Assembly (NCBI GenBank): GCA_000004985.1
Contig: GG739473.1
Origin: Naegleria gruberi
Lineage: Eukaryota
Direction: 5' to 3' (one strand)
DNA length: 1,254 nucleotides
In this document: positions 1-1,254 of the stretch, piece after piece
Layout: every line of letters starts with the position of its first letter
Numbering within the stretch: the stretch's first letter is position 1
Made by a program: the position numbers and the translations under genes
The notes under the pieces: model-generated
The model's database searches: none
What the model saw: the letters and a program-made list of their open reading frames with translations, nothing else
What the model was told of the DNA's origin: nothing

Positions 1-498
1 TCAGTTCATGATTCAGATAGTGATGAATCCACCACTGAAGATTCAGAAAATGGTACTAGTGACTCCACAGAATCTGTCTATTTTCAAGTTCGTCACGTTA
101 ATGGAAAACGGGAATATGTGATTGTTCCAGAGCATGTCGATTACATCTTTGATTTGATAGATAAGGACAAAGCTTTTCCAGAGTTCATCAATGCCATTAT
201 CCAATGTGAAAAGGTATTAACTGACCTCACAAAAAGGTTTGCTCATCTATTTTCAGGGCTTGCATTCAACACTACCGTAAATGGTATAACTTATTCAATT
301 CCTCCAGACATTATCAAAATGCTTATTGGTAATGTGACTCAAAAACAGTGCTTGGAATTGTTAGCACATCATCACTTCAAGAAACCTATAGGAGAACTCA
401 CAACTGATCAAAGAACAGTATGTAGAAAGTTCTTTGAAGCAAGGGGATGGGATAAAGAAAGTGTTCGGAAGGCAATCAATAGTTTGATCAAAGAATAA
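1..498 (+). CDS. 3' end of a protein-coding gene, 5'-partial: frame 1 is open from base 1 to TAA at 496-498, and the first in-frame ATG at 118 is probably internal. The product has an acidic Ser/Asp/Glu-rich linker followed by a basic C-terminal globular domain of about 140 aa. It may be the TFIIF large-subunit (Tfg1/RAP74-like) C-terminal winged-helix region.
   Basis: Frame 1 has 165 sense codons and no stop across AT-rich DNA; I translated it directly: SVHDSDSDESTTEDSENGTSDSTESVYFQVRHVNGKREYVIVPEHVDYIFDLIDKDKAFPEFINAIIQCEKVLTDLTKRFAHLFSGLAFNTTVNGITYSIPPDIIKMLIGNVTQKQCLELLAHHHFKKPIGELTTDQRTVCRKFFEARGWDKESVRKAINSLIKE*. The acidic low-complexity tract followed by a terminal basic domain, the FKKPIGELTTDQRTV segment and the ...SLIKE* terminus recall the human RAP74 C-terminal winged helix (...FQTKKTGLSSEQTV...MHFSLKE*). 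This comparison is from memory and not alignment-verified. The codon usage (AGA Arg, TTG Leu, CAA Gln) is yeast-like. Confidence 0.75.
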   Translation, partial: SVHDSDSDESTTEDSENGTSDSTESVYFQVRHVNGKREYVIVPEHVDYIFDLIDKDKAFPEFINAIIQCEKVLTDLTKRFAHLFSGLAFNTTVNGITYSIPPDIIKMLIGNVTQKQCLELLAHHHFKKPIGELTTDQRTVCRKFFEARGWDKESVRKAINSLIKE

Positions 499-515
499 TT
501 TCTAGACATGATGTT

Positions 516-539
516 AAGCTTGATGAACAAGTCAAGCTT
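516..539 (+). repeat. Perfect 8-bp inverted repeat AAGCTTGA / TCAAGCTT with an 8-nt loop. It would form a hairpin in the 3' UTR and contains two HindIII sites.
   Basis: aagcttga at 516-523 is the exact reverse complement of tcaagctt at 532-539, with loop tgaacaag; it lies 18 nt after the stop codon. Confidence 0.6.
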
Positions 540-540
540 G

Positions 541-660
541 TGAAATTTGTATTTTTTTTTAAAATTTTCAAAAATATTCACAAGTCTGAAATACGTCACC
601 TCCTCCTTCACTGATTTTCATCATCAAAACAACACAAAACAAACAACAACAAATAAACAA
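541..660 (+). terminator. Putative mRNA 3'-end formation region for the upstream gene: a U-rich tract (T9 at 552-560), AT-rich elements (aaatattca) and a canonical AATAAA at 652-657.
   Basis: A T9 run follows the hairpin within about 12 nt, then come aaaattttcaaaaatattcac and AATAAA, all 45-160 nt downstream of the TAA. Yeast poly(A) signals are degenerate, so the exact site cannot be called. Confidence 0.3.
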
Positions 661-700
661 CACATTACAACATCAAGTAGAACACAACAGAATATCGATA
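616..700 (+). repeat. A/C-rich low-complexity tract, (CAA)n/(ACAA)n-like, with almost no G or T.
   Basis: aaaacaacacaaaacaaacaacaacaaataaacaacacattacaacatcaagtagaacacaacagaa. It is read directly from the sequence and is typical of yeast intergenic or UTR DNA. Confidence 0.55.
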
Positions 701-729
701 ATTAACTTTGGAGTAACTTTATGCAAAAT

Positions 730-778
730 CGTCAGCGATGACGTCAAAAAAAGCGTCAATCCACCATCAGGAATGACG
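730..778. promoter_or_regulatory. Cluster of ATF/CREB-type (bZIP) sites: a perfect CRE palindrome TGACGTCA at 739-746 plus half-sites CGTCA at 730-734, CGTCA at 754-758 and TGACG at 774-778. A further TACGTCA lies at 592-598.
   Basis: The motifs are read directly from the sequence. TGACGTCA is the consensus bound by fungal Sko1/Aca1/Cst6-type and other ATF/CREB factors. Finding four TGACG cores within 50 bp of otherwise AT-rich DNA is unlikely by chance. Confidence 0.35.
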
Positions 779-804
779 AAATAAAATGAGCGGGTATTAA
801 AAAA

Positions 805-812
805 TATAAAAT
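805..812 (+). promoter_or_regulatory. Canonical TATA box (TATAAAAT), about 60 bp downstream of the CRE cluster.
   Basis: tataaaat at 805-812. Its position between the bZIP-site cluster and the downstream ATG at 910 and stop-free frame is consistent with a core promoter firing rightward. Confidence 0.35.
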
Positions 813-909
813 AATTAATTGGTCAACCAACCCGAGTTGATGGCTCTGTATTGTGCTCTAGCAAGTTGTTGTTGTTTCTTTACCGTGTCTGTGTAATTAA
901 CATTTTGCA

Positions 910-972
910 ATGGCCAATCAATTAGCTCAAGTTAGTACCAATTTCATTTCCAAAAAAAATGAAAACACTTAA
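910..972 (+). other. 20-codon mini-ORF (MANQLAQVSTNFISKKNENT*). It is either a uORF in the downstream gene's leader or, for its first 7 codons only, a candidate short exon 1.
   Basis: ATG at 910 is in frame 1, about 100 bp downstream of the TATA box. GTTAGT, a loose 5' splice-site-like hexamer, begins at 931 right after codon 7. Confidence 0.15.
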
Positions 973-1086
973 ATAATAACTGCTTCTCTCTCAAGAATGG
1001 ATTGATAACACAATACCACAGAATTGGAAACTTCAGTCATCATTTGAAATTGCAATTAACAAGTAGTAAAATATTCTTTGATTTGA

Positions 1087-1254
1087 AAAAGGTCAAACAA
1101 GAAGCAGATACAGTGGTTTCCGAACAAGAAGGAACTGATCAAAAATTATCAACTACTTGAGGATAAATTTAAGAAATTGACTGATACTATTATTGAATAT
1201 CGTAGATCATCCTGTTCAATTATTGGAACTAATCACCTCAAGTTTGTGATATTT
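1087..1254 (+). other. Stop-free frame of 56 codons that runs off the right edge and contains no ATG anywhere. It is possibly the start of exon 2 of a downstream gene, or otherwise a 5' leader.
   Basis: Frame 1 translates to KRSNKKQIQWFPNKKELIKNYQLLEDKFKKLTDTIIEYRRSSCSIIGTNHLKFVIF... The other two + frames and all three - frames have multiple stops in this span. No 'atg' trinucleotide occurs in 1087-1254. Confidence 0.2.

Noticed and set aside
118-498. Treating M118 as the true start of a stand-alone 126-aa protein, as listed in the ORF track.
   Set aside because: The same frame is stop-free all the way to base 1 and encodes a coherent acidic linker immediately upstream. The ORF track reports only the ATG-to-stop portion. 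The real start is most likely upstream of the window.
516-560. Rho-independent (intrinsic) transcription terminator.
   Set aside because: The genomic context is eukaryotic (yeast-like codon usage, TATA box, no Shine-Dalgarno sequences). The T-run is separated from the stem by about 12 nt and the stem is only 8 bp with 3 GC pairs, which is not a classic bacterial terminator.
408-611. 67-aa ORF on the minus strand (MKEEVTYFRLVNIFENFKKKYKF...).
   Set aside because: It is antisense to and overlaps the well-supported + strand CDS and its 3' UTR. The low-complexity K/F/L/I-rich composition is typical of spurious antisense ORFs in AT-rich DNA, and there is no promoter context.
721-741. ATG at 721 (atg caa aat cgt cag cga tga).
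   Set aside because: It is only 6 codons before an in-frame stop. It lies inside the CRE motif cluster and upstream of the TATA box, so it is not a plausible start.
821-845. Small inverted repeat tcaac(823-827)...gttga(836-840) in ggtcaaccaacccgagttgatgg.
   Set aside because: The stem is only 5 bp, so it is indistinguishable from chance.
931-937. Perfect yeast branch-point heptamer TACTAAC on the minus strand (plus strand gttagta).
   Set aside because: A minus-strand intron would need a 5' splice site (plus-strand acatac, acttac or acgtac) at higher coordinates, and none is present. All three minus-strand frames are full of stops across 1087-1254. The same bases are more economically read as the + strand GTTAGT 5'-splice-site-like hexamer, which is itself only weakly supported.
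1104-1128. Possible tRNA A-box/B-box (agcagatacagtgg ... ggtttccgaac).
   Set aside because: Spacing and sequence do not fit TRGCNNAGTGG or GGTTCGANTCC, and no cloverleaf-compatible complementarity surrounds it.

Overview
The window looks like a nuclear locus from an AT-rich budding yeast (about 33% GC; AGA/TTG/CAA codon preferences; no in-frame CTG in 166 codons, which fits a Candida-like CTG-clade genome but does not prove it). It is not a prokaryotic accessory region.

Bases 1-498 (+) are the 3' end of a protein-coding gene. Frame 1 is stop-free from base 1, so the tracked ORF that starts at M118 is almost certainly the tail of a longer protein. The translated segment is an acidic Ser/Asp/Glu-rich linker (SDSDESTTEDSENGTSDSTES) followed by a basic, globular C-terminal domain of about 140 aa that ends ...KAINSLIKE*. 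The closest match I can recall is the C-terminal winged-helix domain of the TFIIF large subunit (Tfg1/RAP74), but that is from memory and unverified.

Bases 499-1254 form a long AT-rich non-coding stretch. It contains a 3'-UTR-like hairpin plus T9 run, an AATAAA, an A/C-rich (CAA)n-like tract, a cluster of TGACG/CRE motifs with a perfect TGACGTCA palindrome, and a canonical TATAAAAT box. Together these look like the 3' end of the upstream gene followed by the promoter of a + strand downstream gene.

The last 168 bases are stop-free in frame 1 but contain no ATG. An in-frame 7-codon ATG mini-ORF about 180 bp upstream carries splice-like signals, so a short exon 1 plus intron is a speculative possibility.

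I see no RNA genes, transposon ends, CRISPR repeats, or any defence-system-like structure. Nothing here supports a novel 'system'.
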